This document shows, piece after piece, positions 12,997 through 27,430 of a stretch of DNA of 64,000 nucleotides. Every line of letters starts with the position of its first letter. Positions within the stretch are counted from its first letter, which is position 1. The stretch comes from the human T2T-CHM13v2.0 reference genome, Homo sapiens. A program made the translations under genes and the position numbers. The notes beneath the pieces were generated by a model, which saw nothing but the letters and a program-made list of their open reading frames with translations, made no database searches and was not told the DNA's origin. The stretch lies in the NCBI RefSeq assembly GCF_009914755.1, contig NC_060932.1. The stretch is one strand, 5' to 3'.

Positions 12997-15842
12997 CAGA
13001 GGTCCCCCATCTTTTGGGCACCAGGGATTGGTTTTGTGGAAGACAATTTTTTCAGGGACTAGGGTCGGGGTTGATAGTTTCAGGATGATTCAAGTGCATT
13101 ATGTTTATTGTGCACTTTATTTCTATTATTATTACATTGTAATATATAATGAAATAATTATACAACTCACCATAATGTGGAATCAATGGGAGCCTTGAGC
13201 TTGTTTTCCTGCAACTAGATGGTCCCATATGTGGGTGAGGGTAGACAGTGACTGTGCTAGTCCATTCTCATGCTGCTAAGAAGAAATACCCAAGACTGGG
13301 CAATTTATTAAGAAAAGAGTTTAATTAACTCACAGTTCCACAGGGCTGGGGAGGCATCAGGAAACTTACAATCATGGTGGAAGGGGAAGCAAACACATCC
13401 TTCTTCACATGGGCAGGAAGGAAAAGTGCCAGGCAGAGGGGAAAAAGCCCCTTATAAAACCATCAGATCTCATGAGAACTCACTCACTGTTACGAGAACA
13501 GCATGGGGGTAACCACTGCCATGATTCAATTGCCTTCCACTTGATCCCTCCCACAACACGTGGGGATTACGGGAACTACAGTTCAAGATGAGATTTGGGT
13601 GGGGACATAGCCAAATCATATCATTCTGCCCGTGGCCTCTCCCAAATCACATGTTCTCACATTTCAAAACAGAATCATGCCTTTCCAACAGTCCCCCAAA
13701 GTCTTAGCTCATTCAAGCATTAACCCAAAAGTCCAAGTCCAAAGTCTCATCTAAAACAAGGCAAGTCCCTTCTGCCTATGAGCCTGTAAAATCAAAAGCA
13801 AGTTAGTTACTTTCTAGATAGAATGGGGTTACAGGCATTGGGTAAATACATTTCAGATGGGAGAAATTGGCCAAACAAAGGGTCTACAGGCCCCATGCAA
13901 GTCTGAAATCCAATAGGGCAGCCATTAAACCTTTCAAAATGCTCCTTTGACTCTATATCTTACATGCAAGTCACACTGATGGAATAGGAAGGCTCTGAAA
14001 GCCTTGGGCAGCTCTGCTCCTGTGGGTTTGCAGGGTACAGCCCTGCTCCTGGCTGCTTTCACAGGCTGGTATTGCATGTCTGCAGCTTTTCCAGTGCAAG
14101 CTTGCACAGTGCAAGCTGCTGGTGGATCTATCATTCTGGGGTCTGGAGGATGGTGGCCTTCTTGTCACAGCTCCACTAGGCAGTGCCCCAGTGGGGACTC
14201 TGTGTGGGGGCTCCAACTCCACATTTCCTTTCTACATCGCTCTAGTGGAGGTTCTCCATGAGGGCTCTGCTCCTTTGGCAAACTTCTGCCTGGACATCCA
14301 GGCATTTCCATACATCCTCTGAAATCTAGGTGGCGGTTCCACAACCTCAATTCTTGACTTCTGTGCACCTACAGTCCCAACACCAGGTGTAAGTCACCAA
14401 GGACTGGGGCTTGCATCCTCTGAAGCAACAGCCTGAACTGTACCTTGGCCCCTTTTAGCCACAGCTGGAGTTGAAGTAGCTGGGATGCAGGACACTATGT
14501 TCCAAGGCTGCATAGATTGGGGGTGCCTTGGGCTCAGCCCATGAAACAATTTTTTTCTCCTAGGCCTCCAGGCGTGTAATGGAAGGGGCTGCCGTGAAGG
14601 TCTCTGACATTTTCCCTGTCATCTTGGTGATTAACATCCCACTCCTTACTACTTATGCAAATTTCTGCAGCAGGCTTGAATTTCTTCCCAGAAAATTGGT
14701 TTTTCTTTTCTATCACATCGTCAGGCTGCAAATTTTCAAAACTTTTATGCTTTGCTTCCTCTTGAATGATTTGCCACTTAGAAATTTAGGGTATCTCCAC
14801 CAGATACCCTAAATCATCTCCCTCAAGTTCAAAGTTCCACAGATGTCTGGTGCAGGGGCAAAATGCCACCAGTCTCTTTGCTAAAGCATAGCAAGAATCA
14901 CTTTTGCTCCAATTCCCAACAGGTTCCTCATCTCCATCTGAGACCACCTCAGCCTGGACTTTATTGTCCATATCACCATCAGTATTTTGGTCAAACAAAG
15001 TCAACAAGTCTCTAGGAAGTTCCAAACTTTCCCACATCTTGTCTTCTGAGCCCTCCAAGTCTCTAGCAAGTTCCAAACTTTCCTACATTTTTTATCTTCT
15101 TCTGAGCCCTCCAAACTGTTGCAACCTTTTCCTGTTACACAACTTCAAAGTTGTTTCCACATTTTTGGGTATCTTTATAGCAGCACCCCATTCTCTGAGG
15201 TACCAATTTACTGTATTACTCTGTTCTCACATTGCTATGAAGAAATACCTGAGACTGGATAATTTATAAAGAAAAGAGGTTTAATTGACTCACGGTTCCT
15301 CATGGCTGGGGAGGTCTTAGGAAACTTACAATCATGGCAGAAGGGCAAGCAAACACGTCCTTCTTCATACGGTGGAATGAAGGAGAAGTGCCAAGCAAAA
15401 GGGAAAAAGTCTTTTATAAAACTATCAGATCTCATGAGAACTCACTCACTATCATGAGAACAGCAAGGAGGTAGTCACCCCCATCATTCAGTTACCTCCT
15501 ACAGGATCCCTGTAGGATCCTGGGGATTATGGAACTACAATTCAAGATGATATTTGGGTGGGGACACAGGCAAACCATATCAGTGACAGATCATCAAGCA
15601 TTAGATTCTCATAAGGAGCACACAACCTAGATCCCTTGTGTGCAAAATTTACAACAAGGTTCACGCTCCTATGAGAATCTAATGCTGCCATTGATCTGAC
15701 AGGAGGTGAAACTCAGGCAGTAATGCAAGCCACAGGGAGCAACCATAAACACAGATGAAGCTTCACTCTCTTACCTGCTGCTTACCTCCTGCTGTGTGGC
15801 CCAGTTCCTAACAGGCCACAAATCTGTACCTGTGGACCCCTG
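12997..15842. mobile_element. MER1A-like hAT-Charlie element, split by a THE1 insertion
   Basis: Termini CAGAGGTCCCC / GGACCCCTG; 8-bp TSD CCCTATG(G/A) at 12989-12996 and 15843-15850. Confidence 0.8.
13253..15582 (-). mobile_element. Full-length THE1 (MaLR) element: LTR 13253-13623, internal 13624-15211, LTR 15212-15582
   Basis: Two similar TG...CA LTRs, THE1-int sequence, 5-bp TSD GTGAC (13248-13252 / 15583-15587). Confidence 0.92.
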
Positions 15843-17985
15843 CCCTATGAACTTGGGAACAGTCACATTTGAAGTATATTTGATATCACTCTTGAATTAC
15901 ACTGAACAATGTAATAAAGTTTGAGGAAACTGTTCTGTATACTGCAATGGCGGGTGGCGGTACAGGAGAGTGGGCCTTTACTTCATTAACCTTGTCTACC
16001 TTGGTGCCCCTGGATAGGAGCTTATAGCTTTTTACCAGGCTTGCAATTGAGCCAGAGTAGGGCAGGTGTGCTCTGAGGGGACCACTCTCACACAGAGGGG
16101 AGTCAAGATTTCAAATGGAAAATAGCAGCTCCCTTCCCCAAAAGGCAGATAATTTTTTTCTGACCTACTCCTTAGTTGAATCTCTTTGGGTTAACTTGAC
16201 AAAGAGTTAATAGACACCAGAATCCTTAAAAGAATCATATCTGTAGTTAATCTTGTCTTTCATATTCCCATTTATAAAGAGTTTGCCTATAAGTAAGAGG
16301 CCAGAAAGCCTACAGATATTATGTAACTTAAGTCTGTCATTGTTATCTGAGTGGTTCCAGTGATTCATGGGACCATTGGTGGGAATGAAGGTGGCATAAT
16401 AAGACTGTATTTAAAGAACATAGTACCTTAAGTACATGAAATAGTTTTATAACTGAGTCCTTATTAAATAGCATTTATCTCATAAGCTTAATGTTAGTTA
16501 GGTAACTATTGAAAAAGTGTATACAATGCTTTTATAACATATTGTTTCCAATATAAACAGATTATAACCTGTTCTCAATTTGAATGTATCATCTCCAATC
16601 TGAACACAATAACTCAAAGCTAAAATAGCCGTTCAGCTGTTTATATGGACATGCTTTTATATATAATTTTTATGTTTAATATGTGACTGCTGATTTCTCT
16701 GTTAAATCTTCCAGAAATTATCCACCCTTTTCCATGGTTTACAATAATTCCAGATTTCCTATTTAAATAGCATCCACCCAGCAAGCACTCAAGAATTACA
16801 TATTAATGACGGCCATGCTAGCAGTAATGTAGAATGTAAGGTGGACTAAATTAAACATTTTTTAAAACCATCCATCATGCATTAGATTTTTTTCCCATGA
16901 CAGAATTTCAGTGGCAATGATGAAATCTCAGGGTTTTCGCAGGGAAATTTGCCCCTGATTTTGTCTGCATCTCCCTTCCTTTTGCACCACATCTCCTCCC
17001 AGGGATTCCTCCAGTAAGCATCAATATTTGGCCCTAGCACCCTGCCTGCCACTCCTCAGCTGCTGTTGGGAGTGGAACAGCCACCTACAGCAGTCACCTC
17101 AGGACTCCTCTTCCTCCCAACAGACCCTGTGCGGGAGTGCCTCTCCAATCTCCTCCAACATCCATGAGAAACAGCTTCCAAGACTCTTGCTGTAGAGGTG
17201 ACATGTGGCCCTAGCTCTTTGGAATGTTCTCTGGCCCTTGAAGTGATTAGGAAGATAAATTAATGCAGTGCCAACACTGATTACAATGAGAGGAATGCAA
17301 ACCAAGTTGCCCACGGAAATTGCCATTTTACTACCTGACCTGGTCTGCACGTCCGTCAATCATTTGGCAAAAAGTCAGTTGCGAGAAGTTTCCTGGACCA
17401 GAAACCAGTTAATCTGAATTTTCCTCTGAAAGCCTAAAGTCAGTAACCTTGGACTGTCTTTTAATGAATTAATTAAGAATATTCATTAATTAAGTAATTT
17501 TAGCTGGACTAATTATAGAGATTAGTTTGGTCCTACATAGGCACAAAACTGACCTGGTTTCTTTAGTGTCTTTAAGCTCAACTGAAACTGCATCATGTAC
17601 ATTCTACGTTGATTCATAGCCTTTCCTTCAGGTACCAGGAAAGCATCTCTGTGTAGATATGATTTATCACGGTAAATGGGCCATGATGCTGCAGCTTCCT
17701 ACTTATTAGATTATTTTCCATTTCCACTCTCAGAATACATTTCAAGTCCTGAAAAGTTTTTCCTGGCAAATAGTAGGCATATAAATATCCCTTGAATGAA
17801 AAAATAATCTTAGTTTCCTTTTCAATTTATAAGACAAAAATTTTCAATAAACTTCTCATGTATTATTTTATGTGTCCGTTTTCCAAAACGTGTACTATTT
17901 GTTAATGAAATCCCTATAATAGTACTACCTGTCAAAACAAATAATACACAATTTGGAAAACCTACACATAGTACTACCTATCAAT

Positions 17986-18038
17986 ATGTATACACATACA
18001 TATATACATATTACATATATATATATATATATAACATG

Positions 18039-18077
<39 letters not shown>
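17986..18077. repeat. (TA)n microsatellite, followed by an Alu monomer (~18080-18206, minus)
   Basis: TA dinucleotide run. Confidence 0.9.
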
Positions 18078-18078
<1 letters not shown>

Positions 18079-18276
18079 CAATTTTTACTAAAGAGACAGG
18101 TCTCATTACATTGCCCAGGCTACTCTCAAATTCCTGGGCTCAAGTGATCCTCCCACAATGGCTTCCCAAATTGCTGGGACACAGGTGTGAGCCACCACAC
18201 CCAGCCTATTAAAGGATTTCTATTGTCAAATGCTTTTTAGAAGGTTTAGATAAAATATAGTTAAGATTAGTTTACT

Positions 18277-19041
18277 CCCATTCTGTAGGTTGCCTGTTCA
18301 CTCTGATGGTAGTTTCTTCTGCTAGGCAGGAGCTTTTTAGTTTAATTAGATCCCATTTGTCTATTTTGGCTTTTGTTGCCATTGCTTTTGGTGTTTTAGT
18401 CATGAAGTCCTTGCCCATGCCTATGTCCTGAATGGTATTGCCTAGGTTTTCTTCTAGGGTTTTTATGGTTTCAAGTCTAACATTTAAGTCTTTAATCCAT
18501 CTTGAATTAATTTTTGTATAAGGTGTAGGGAAGGGATCCAGTTTCAGCTTTCTACATATGGCTAGCCAGTTTTCCCAGCACCATTTATTAAATAGGGAAT
18601 CCTTTCACCATTTCTTGTTTTTGTCGGGTTTGTCAAAGATCAGATGGTTGTAGATGTGTGGTATTATTTCCGAGGGCTCTATCTGTTCCATTGGTCTATA
18701 TCTGTTTTGGTACCAGTACCATGCTGTTTTGGTTACTGTAGCTTTGTAGTATAGTTTGAAGTCAGGTAGCGTGATGCCTCCAGCTTTGTTCTTTTGGCTT
18801 AGGATTGTCTTGGCAATGTGGGCTCTTTTTTGGTTCCATATGAACTTTAAAATAGTTTTTTCCAACACACCAGGGCTTGTCGTGGGGTGGGGGGAGCAGG
18901 GAGGGATAGCATTAAGAGAAGATATACCTAATGTAAATGACGAGTTAACAGGTGCAGCACACCAACATGGCACATGTATACATATGTAACAAGCCTGCAC
19001 GTTGTGCACATGTACCCTAGAATTTAAAGTATAATAAAAAA
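18277..19041. mobile_element. 5'-inverted (twin-primed) L1PA element
   Basis: Antisense ORF2 piece 18277-18865 ([21 protein letters not shown]) + sense 3' UTR and polyA 18865-19041; TSD AAGATTAGTTTACT 18263-18276 / 19042-19055. Confidence 0.92.
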
Positions 19042-21244
19042 AAGATTAGTTTACTTACTGAATCATTTGGGAGAACTAAGTTGTTTGAGGTACTAACAAT
19101 CAAAATAACATATTTTGGGAATGCCCAGAGCATAATTTATTTCATTCCCTAAAAATTTGTGTTATGTTTTATTAATCATTAAAATTAAATATGTCTTGGG
19201 TAAGCTAATTAAAATTAGGTGAGTTGGGTTTGCCTACTCCCCGGAACTAGAAGAGTTCCTAAATAGTAATACTAAAATTGCTCTTAAGTTAAAGACCTGA
19301 CAAGCTTAGAATTCATTAAATGGCCTAAAATTTAGTAGAAAATGTAACAAATGTACTTGTAGGAGTTACCTAATTGTGACTTTTTTTCATATTTCTAGTT
19401 TGTTTTATATTTTCTAAATAACAGTAATAATACTTATTCAGTGGTATATTGTTTTTCCAGTATAAGATTCACATTCTTGGCATTTTATGATAAATGAAGA
19501 TGGGTAATATAAGGAAAATTTGTCACTGACTTGGAGATGGCCAGCAGAGACTACTTGGCATCCTTTCAGTGGAATCCTGGGAGTTAGCAGAAAGATCCTC
19601 TGGAATTATGTAATTCTATAGGGATGTGACCTTTGATACTTTCAGGTTGTCTATGCTTTTGGCAAATCTGTGAGGATAGAAGTTAAGTTGTAGAAAACTG
19701 ATAACAATGTAAATCATTCCTGTTCATGATGATGTAAATTAATTTTGTCCCATAAGGAAAATAAATCTCTATAAGTCACATTTGAACCTGTTTTAGCATC
19801 ATACTAGTTCTCTCACTAATTAATGACATAATCTTTGATACAAGTTTATTTTACATTTGTATAAGAGTCATGATTTTACCATTTTGAAACTTACACTTTA
19901 ACAATAAAATATGTTCCTGCCTCTTAGAAGTCTGTAATCTGAAATGAGGAAATACATATGCATCATATCTATAATACATATCAAAATTTGTTAAATTCTC
20001 TGTAGGAACTTGAGAGTTCATTAGAGAGAAGACTCCTACTGTTTAGAGAACAGAGATTTCAAGGAAGGATTAAGGCTGGCATCCTGATAGCAAAGGTGGA
20101 GACAAAGGAAAGCATTCCAGGTGATAATATTATACACAAATAGACTGAAATGAAGAAGTGAATTGAATGTTGAAGGAACAATTAATCAGTTTAGTTAGTT
20201 TAGTCAGAACGTATACCGGGAAGTTGTAAAATTTAAGGCCAGAAATGAGGAGATGGCTGTTTATCAGAAGAAGAGATAGGAAAAGGAGGAGCAATTATTT
20301 CTCTTGGGCACTTCCTCTAAAACCGTTATTTTAGTTTTGAAGTTAACATGGCCACATGATGATTTTTAAGGCTATAATAAAAATATATTAGAGAAAGAAA
20401 TATGAAGCAGCAGCTTGAGACACTTAAAAGTCAATGATCAGTGCCGTTTTTATACACAACATGCCCGTACCACCACTCTTGATTCCTCCCCACGGACAGT
20501 GCATCTCTCCCTCCATCTGGCCCAGGCAGTCTCTACCTGATGGGAGACTTTGACTATCTCTAGGTGAAAGGTAATGGGATGGTGGAAATAGTATGAGTGT
20601 TGATCCAGACAGATTTGGGCTCAACTCTTGGCGCTGCCACTTACTAACTCAGACTTACCTAGGTGACATCCCACACAGTCAGAATAGGCATGTCTCAGCC
20701 ATGACTTACATGAAAGACTTAGGAAATTTAAGTGCATAGTGGTGCCAAAACAGTAAACAAAACTAGATTATTTAGAACAAGGGAAGTGATAGTTCTGCTC
20801 TGCCCTGCCATAGTCTGGAAAGACTGCATTGTTTATAACATTAAAAATTAAGAAACTTTTGCATTAAAATGGGCCTGGCCAAGGGTGGAGGGTCTTCTTA
20901 TGGAAAGTAGTTGTATCTAGGTCATATGGCCCTGACATTGGCTTTGGGGGTGGGAAGGTTTGGGTATAAGGTGGCTGGGGAAGGAGAAGATGGGTAGGGA
21001 ATTCAGTGTTCTTACAGAAAAAAAGAAAAAAAAAGAGTCTCAGGTACCTAGTATTGCATTGGCCCCTGGAGATGGTGAGGAGTTTCTGTGACTTCACACA
21101 GGAAATTTCAAGCAATGTTCGAGACTCCCTATCAAGATCTCAGTGATAATCCAAATAACACAGACTTAGGGAGGAGGGGAGCATTTTAACCTCTATTCTA
21201 GTTATATGAGAATATGGAGTTGGCCAAGTATTTGTCACAGAAGA

Positions 21245-22265
<1,021 letters not shown>

Positions 22266-22549
22266 TTATATACATGCAATTTAACTACCCAGGTCTTCCG
22301 GGTGTCTTCAAATGAATATTTCCTATGTCAACAGATTGTCCTGCATTGACCCTCTCTTATGTTCCTTATCCTCTTATCACCTCTCCGGAAAGTTTCAACT
22401 TTCCCCATCATGTTTTCCTCATCCCTTCCCCAATCTGGACACTTCCATTCCCCCAGCAGCTAGAATTCTTAAGCTTTCTTTAGTATCTGAAATATTGCTT
22501 GCTCCTAGCATAAGGTTTGGTGTTTTGCTCCCAGCATAAGGTTTGGTGG

Positions 22550-22877
22550 GTTTTTTTTGTTGTTGTTGCTTATTTGTATTGTTTTGTTTTGTTGGTTTTT
22601 TTGATGGAGTCTCACTCTCACCCAGGCTGGAGTGCAGTAGCACGATCTTGGCTCACTGCAACCTCCACCTCCCGGGTTCAAGTGATTCTCAGCCTCAGCC
22701 TCCTGAGTAGCTGGGATTACACACATGTGCAACCACGCCCAGCTAGTTTTTGTAGTTTTAGTAGAGACGGGGTTTCACCATGTTGGCCAAGCTGGTCTCG
22801 AACTCCTGACCTCAAGGATCCACCCACCTCAGCCTCCCAAAGTGCTGGGATTACAGGCATGAGCCACCATGGCCCAC
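22550..22877 (-). mobile_element. Alu (AluS-like)
   Basis: Antisense Alu; TSD CTCC(T/C)AGCATAAG. Confidence 0.9.
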
Positions 22878-23398
22878 CTCCTAGCATAAGTTTTGAATCA
22901 TAGTCTTTCTCCCCTTTCCCTGTGTTCACTGAAGGGTGAGAAAGAAGAAGAAGATTCAAGTCTCAGGGAGGAGAAGAGGAAGATCATTTTCCAATGTGGG
23001 TTGGAGTTTGGGTGTTTAGTTTGTTTTTCTTTGGTTATCCTTAAGAATATAAAACCAGTCAGATAGCCTCCCTCCATGAATCTACATAAGAGATTCATAT
23101 CTCCACTAGTAGCATAACTTCGGGTACTTAAGTAAAATAATAGCTATCTTCTTCTCTCCTTGGTTGTATTTCAAAACCCTCTTCCACTGAGTTAGCATGG
23201 GAGGGCTCCATGACCACCAGCACCTTCTCAATAGCTAGAATGCACCCACCGTCCACCCCTGTCCCACCCTGTCTCAAGGTGTGAGAAACAGCTGATAGAG
23301 TCTTACCACATTGGCCTAGTAATGAGAAATAAAGCTAATACAGGTGAAGCCTCTAACAGTTCCTAACACAGATGCTTAAAAAATGATGGACATTTTAA

Positions 23399-23558
23399 TT
23401 TTTTTTTAATAGAGATGGAGTCTGGCTCTGTTGCCCAGGTTGGTGTGCAGTGGTGCTATCACAGCTCCCTGCAACCTTGACTTCCTGGACTCAAGAAATC
23501 CTCCCACTTCAACCTCCTGAGTAGCTGGGATCACAGGTGTACACCATTATCCGTGGCT
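23399..23558 (-). mobile_element. Alu right-monomer (FRAM or truncated AluJ)
   Basis: 20-bp TSD AAAAATGATGGACATTTTAA at 23379-23398 and 23559-23578. Confidence 0.88.
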
Positions 23559-23948
23559 AAAAATGATGGACATTTTAAAAATTAGAATGATATGTGAATA
23601 TTGTGGAAGAACTTTAAATGCTGCTCTAATCTTAGTGAGATAACACATTGTAAGATTTTGAACAGAAGAATGACATGTTCATAGCTATGGTTCAGGAAGA
23701 TGAAACTAGCACCAATGAGAAAGATGGATTGGAAAAGAATGCAATTAAATGCAGGATGAATAATTAGGAAGATATTGCAGTAACTGCTAGAAAAAGATAT
23801 TAAGGACTTTTCTAGAAAAGCAAATGTGGCAATAGAAAGGAGAGGATCAGTGCAAGAAACCTGTCAAGGTAGAACAAATGGAATTTAGATCACCAACTGA
23901 CTAAGGGAGAGGGAAGAAGAGAAAGCTCAAACGTGACTGTCACCTATG

Positions 23949-24041
23949 AGTCTACACTGCTAGGAATATATTGGCCACTAGCTGAGAGGTGAAAGTCTAC
24001 ACTGCTAGGAATATATTGGCCACCAGCTGAGAGGTGAAAGT
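23949..24041. repeat. 45-bp tandem duplication
   Basis: AGTCTACACTGCTAGGAATATATTGGCCAC(T/C)AGCTGAGAGGTGAA x2, one mismatch. Confidence 0.95.
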
Positions 24042-26904
24042 AGAGGAGATTTGGTAGAAAAGATGTTCAATTTTGTACATGCTGAGTTTGAAATTCCAGT
24101 GAAACACTTCAGTGCACCAGCTCAAGCAGGCAGGTGAAAATGTCAGGGTTCAGTTCGGTAACAACTGTATTTATACTGTATTGAAAGAATCGCTTCATGG
24201 AGATTAGATCAACCAACATAAAACTTAGGGACATGTTGACATTTTATTCTCTCCATCAGATAACTTTCAAAAGAAACTCAAACATTCGGAAATCATTTTC
24301 ACTACCAAGAAAGGAAGTTAAGAAAAATAGTTATTTCCAAGGTAAGAGGAAAATATAAATTATAAATAAATCCCTGAAGGTCTTGCCTTTAGAAACTGTA
24401 TAGAAAATATGCTTTTACTGACCTCTAAGCCAGAAAATGCTTTTATCTGTGTAGTATGCTAATTATATTTCTGTGTCTGAAGATTGGTTTCTATTTCCTT
24501 TGCTTCTTCATGTAGTTTTAAAAGGCTTTCTTTTCTTTCTGATTTTTCTATATTCTAAAATGTACCCTTTCAAAATACGACAGTAATACGCAGCTTAGCA
24601 ATTTCCTTTAATATGTACAATCAACTTTTTCACATGTAGCTGACTGTATCTTATCCTTGTTTGAAATATTGAAAAGATGTGATAGAAAATTGGCAAGAGA
24701 CAGTGAGAGAGGGAAGAGGTTGTGAGGCAGGCGAGGCAGGCAGGTTATTTCTGCACTGTCTCAGACACATAATTTGGCAAAAAGCTCTGATTCTAATAAT
24801 CAGCATTATCATTTTCATTCAGTTTTACTGAAAATTTTCCAGTAATTTTTTGAGGAGCCTTGATACTTGTAGGATAAAAGATAATTCTCTCCTAAAACAT
24901 CAGAAATTATTTCATCCATTCTATCTTGTTATAAAAATAAGAATCAGTAAGGCATGGATGTCTGAGATTGAATGGCTGACTTGCTCATTTTATAGTCACC
25001 TGATTTGGAGTAGCATCTGAGATAATCTATAGAGATATTGTCTCTGTGCAATAGCTATTTTGTACAGCACATATAATAATGATACCCACTAACATTTCCT
25101 GAGCCCTTACAATAGGCTAACAATTGCTACATATAATTTTATTTGAGCCTCACAGCAATCCTAGGAGGATGATGGATTGTCACAGACAACTCCATCGTCA
25201 CTGGGACCCTGCAAACGAAAGCTCCATCTCCAGTGCAGAGAGTGATAATTGTCATTCTCAAACTTTTCATATACCCAAATTTAGAAACACTTTGACTGGA
25301 TATCCTCTCCGACTGGAGTTTGAGCCTTCATTTTACTACTTTCATCAGAACTGGAAATTTCTTCAATGCAGTCAGGTTCTACCCAAACCAGCCACCCTTT
25401 CTCTTCCATCATGACTGATTCATGAATTTGTGAATGAACGTGTGCCTTCATCAAACCACAAGCTGAGTCTTCCACTGAACTTGAAGCCTATTCATCCCTT
25501 GGGACTCAACAAGAGCCATTTTTTCAGCTCAGATCCAAGGTAAAGAAAGCATATGGCACTGTCTCATTAGTGGCTTTTTTCTCTCAACCACATATGTGCC
25601 CATAATCTTTCAATAGCTTTCCAGAAGAACAACCAAAGAAAATAGAGCATTAATTCTTCGATGGCATTGGCTTTTTAAAACCATAGCTTTAAGATTCAGC
25701 CTTTGGGCTCATAAACTATTTAGAAATAAATCATTTACTTCTTTCCAGAAAACTTTACACAAATTTAATAAATGGTTTAAGTCACTTTCTTTATATTGAC
25801 CTGAGGTAACTTGGATTCTGTTGAATCAGCATCAAAAACATCACGAAATTTTAGCTCTTGCCTTTTAAATGCTGATTTCTACAGAACTTGGAATCAGGCT
25901 TTTAAAAAATTCCAAAACAAGAATGGGCTTTGAGTTCAGATGTGACGTCAAGAGGTATGTGAGCCAGAAGTTTTCAAGAAAAAGCACAATGCATGTTTCC
26001 TGTGAACAACAGAAAATCGTATTATTTTTCAATGTTATGTATTTCTTTTAAAAATACAAACTGTTGTGATAAGATTGGGACCAACAGATGATGAAATTCT
26101 AGTTAGAATTCTGCTTGGTGCCCAGAATGAGCCCATCAGTTCAGAAAAGAAAGAGAATTAATTATAGAGGCCACAGGCTTCTATGAGGAACACCTTGTTC
26201 TGTAGAAACCTTTCCAGCACATTTCATTTGTTTTATTGAGTCTTGTTTATGGCAAAATGCTATACATGTATTATATAAATTGAAACGTGATGCTACACAA
26301 GCATGTGAGATTCCCAGATAAAATCCTAGAGAGAGTGAGAGACAAGGTCTGCCTTTAATACAACTCAGAGAGATTTCCCATGAGGGGCTCCAGGATAATT
26401 TTCCACAGTACAATGCGCTACTTTATCAGTAGTAAGTGACACTACACAATGCCCTATGCAGGGTTTATATTTTGCTACTTTTCATGCTATCCTGTTTTCC
26501 AGAGGAACTGTATCTATTATGTTTTCCACAGAATTTATTTGGATACCATGCTACTGTTTCTTCAAGCTATTTAAAGTAATCAAGTTACTTGAAACTGTTG
26601 ACACTTATTAGTTCATTCACTTACCCATCTATTCTTTTATGTATTCATTTAGTAAAAATGTATTGCATAGCTACTATGTTTACTTGTTTTTAAAATTTTA
26701 TGGAGTACTTACTATGTGCCAGATTGGGCATGAAAAATAAGCTGTGTATGTATCTAATTTGCATATACTCATTAGGCCAAATCATGGGTGTTATGAAGAC
26801 AGTTATTAAAATCTTAAAAATAGAAGTCTTAATTTAAAATAATTGTTAACTACCATTTCTTTAGCGTGCCAGACACTGAGAAAAACACTTTTTCTCTCCT
26901 TTTT

Positions 26905-27050
26905 AAATTTTTCCTTTTTTAAGACAGAGTCTTGCTTTGTCACCCAGGCTGTGGTCACAGCTTACTGCAGCCTTGACCTCCCAGGCTCAAGTGATCCTCC
27001 TGCCTCAGCCTCCTGAGTAGCTAGGTCTACCAGCATGTGCAACCATACCT

Positions 27051-27086
<36 letters not shown>

Positions 27087-27186
27087 GACGGGGTTTCCCA
27101 AGTTGCCCAGGCTGGTCGTGAGCTCAAACAATCCGCCCACCTCAGCCAAAGTGCTGGGGTTACAGGTGTGAGCCACTGCACCCCAC
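26905..27186 (-). mobile_element. Alu (AluJ-like) with expanded central T tract
   Basis: Antisense Alu. Confidence 0.85.
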
Positions 27187-27299
27187 CCTTTTTTTCATTT
27201 TTAACATGCTATCTCATTTAGTTTTCATTTTAAAAAAACCCTAAGTGCTAGATATTAACTCTAATTCGTAGAGGATAAAACAGGTTTAAAGACATTGAC

Positions 27300-27430
27300 T
27301 AGCTGGGTGTGGTAGTGCTTGCCTATAGTCCCAGTCACTCAGTAGGCTGAGGCCATCAGAGTTCGAGTCCGGCCTGGGCAACATAGCAAGATCCCATTGC
27401 AAAAACAAACAAATAAACAAACACAAAACT
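27300..27430 (+). mobile_element. Alu monomer (FLAM-like)
   Basis: GCTGGGTGTGGTAGTGCTTGCCTATAGTCCCAG...CCTGGGCAACATAGCAAGA and tail. Confidence 0.75.

Noticed and set aside
14094-14120. Palindrome GTGCAAGCTTGCAC
   Set aside because: Small local duplication within THE1-int with no sign of function
13934-15076. Cluster of overlapping ORFs
   Set aside because: THE1 internal region; fragmented and typical of this repeat
25943-25950. Perfect CRE palindrome TGACGTCA
   Set aside because: Single 8-mer with no promoter context; about one is expected by chance in a window this size
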